Assembly (NCBI RefSeq): GCF_009914755.1
Contig: NC_060929.1
DNA from: the human T2T-CHM13v2.0 reference genome, Homo sapiens
DNA length: 64,000 nt
Strand: one strand, 5' to 3'
Shown here: piece by piece, positions 63,444 through 64,000 of the stretch
Position numbering within the stretch: position 1 is the stretch's first letter
Layout of the letters: every line of letters starts with the position of its first letter
Notes under the pieces: generated by a model
Database searches by the model: none
The model's input: only the letters and a program-made list of their open reading frames with translations
Told to the model about the DNA's origin: nothing
Position numbers and translations under genes: made by a program

Positions 63444-63691
63444 ATAATGGAAGATTTTCAAAGCTAGGCAAAGAGCTTACACTTTTCGTATAGGCAAGAG
63501 GAAGCTACCTGAGGCTTATGAGTAGGGCAGGTTTCAAGAGCGGAATCTTGGAACCAAGAGAGAACACTAAGGAGGAGGTAAGGAGAACCTGGATGACTCT
63601 GAAAGCCTCAGAAATGGAATGAAAGCTAGTTCAAGACTGAACACTCCCAGGTTTTTCCCACTGCTTGATAACCCCGGGCTTTTAAACATTC

Positions 63692-64000
63692 TTTTTTTTT
63701 TTCTTTTTTTTTTTATACTTTAAGTTCTGGGATACATACATGTGCAGAAGGTGCAGGTTTGTTACATAGGTATACATGTGTCATGATGGTTTGCTGCACC
63801 CATCAACCTGTCATCTACATTAGGTATTTCTCCTAATGCTACACTTCCCCTACCCCCCTACCCCCTGACAGGCACCAGTATGTGATGTTCCCCTTCCTGT
63901 GTCCGTGTGTTCTCACTGTTCAACTCCCACCTATGAGTGAGAACATGAGGTGTTTGGTTTTTTGTTCCTGTGTTAGTTTGCTGAGAATGATGGTTTCCAG
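63692..64000 (-). mobile_element. L1PA 3' end (continues beyond the window)
   Basis: Poly-T, then ttatactttaagttctgggatacat...gtgcaggtttgttacataggtatacatgtg...cctatgagtgagaacatg. Confidence 0.97.

Overview
Primate (AluY present, so most likely human) non-coding DNA: AT-rich and CpG-poor, with no CpG island and no protein-coding gene, tRNA, rRNA or CRISPR array that I can support. It reads as a large intron or intergenic interval. It carries about 30 Alu elements or fragments (many with visible target-site duplications, TSDs), many MIR and L2 relics, old L1 pieces (including a ~3.7 kb 5'UTR-ORF1-endonuclease remnant), MaLR and MER21 LTRs, Tigger3 and MER58 DNA transposons, and microsatellites. 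Nearly all listed ORFs are Alu- or L1-derived or chance ORFs. Repeat subfamily calls and the boundaries of old repeats are by eye and approximate. Two signals are not explained by ordinary repeats. (1) A diverged direct duplication of a ~310-bp apparently unique element at 13712-14024 and 18453-18755, with near-invariant blocks including an EBF-like site; this may be a duplicated enhancer or, less likely, a pair of paralogous 55-nt exons or smORFs. (2) A perfect 40-bp-arm inverted repeat next to a perfect 24-bp tandem duplication inside an ancient L1, which looks like a recent template-switch event. I could not identify the host locus.
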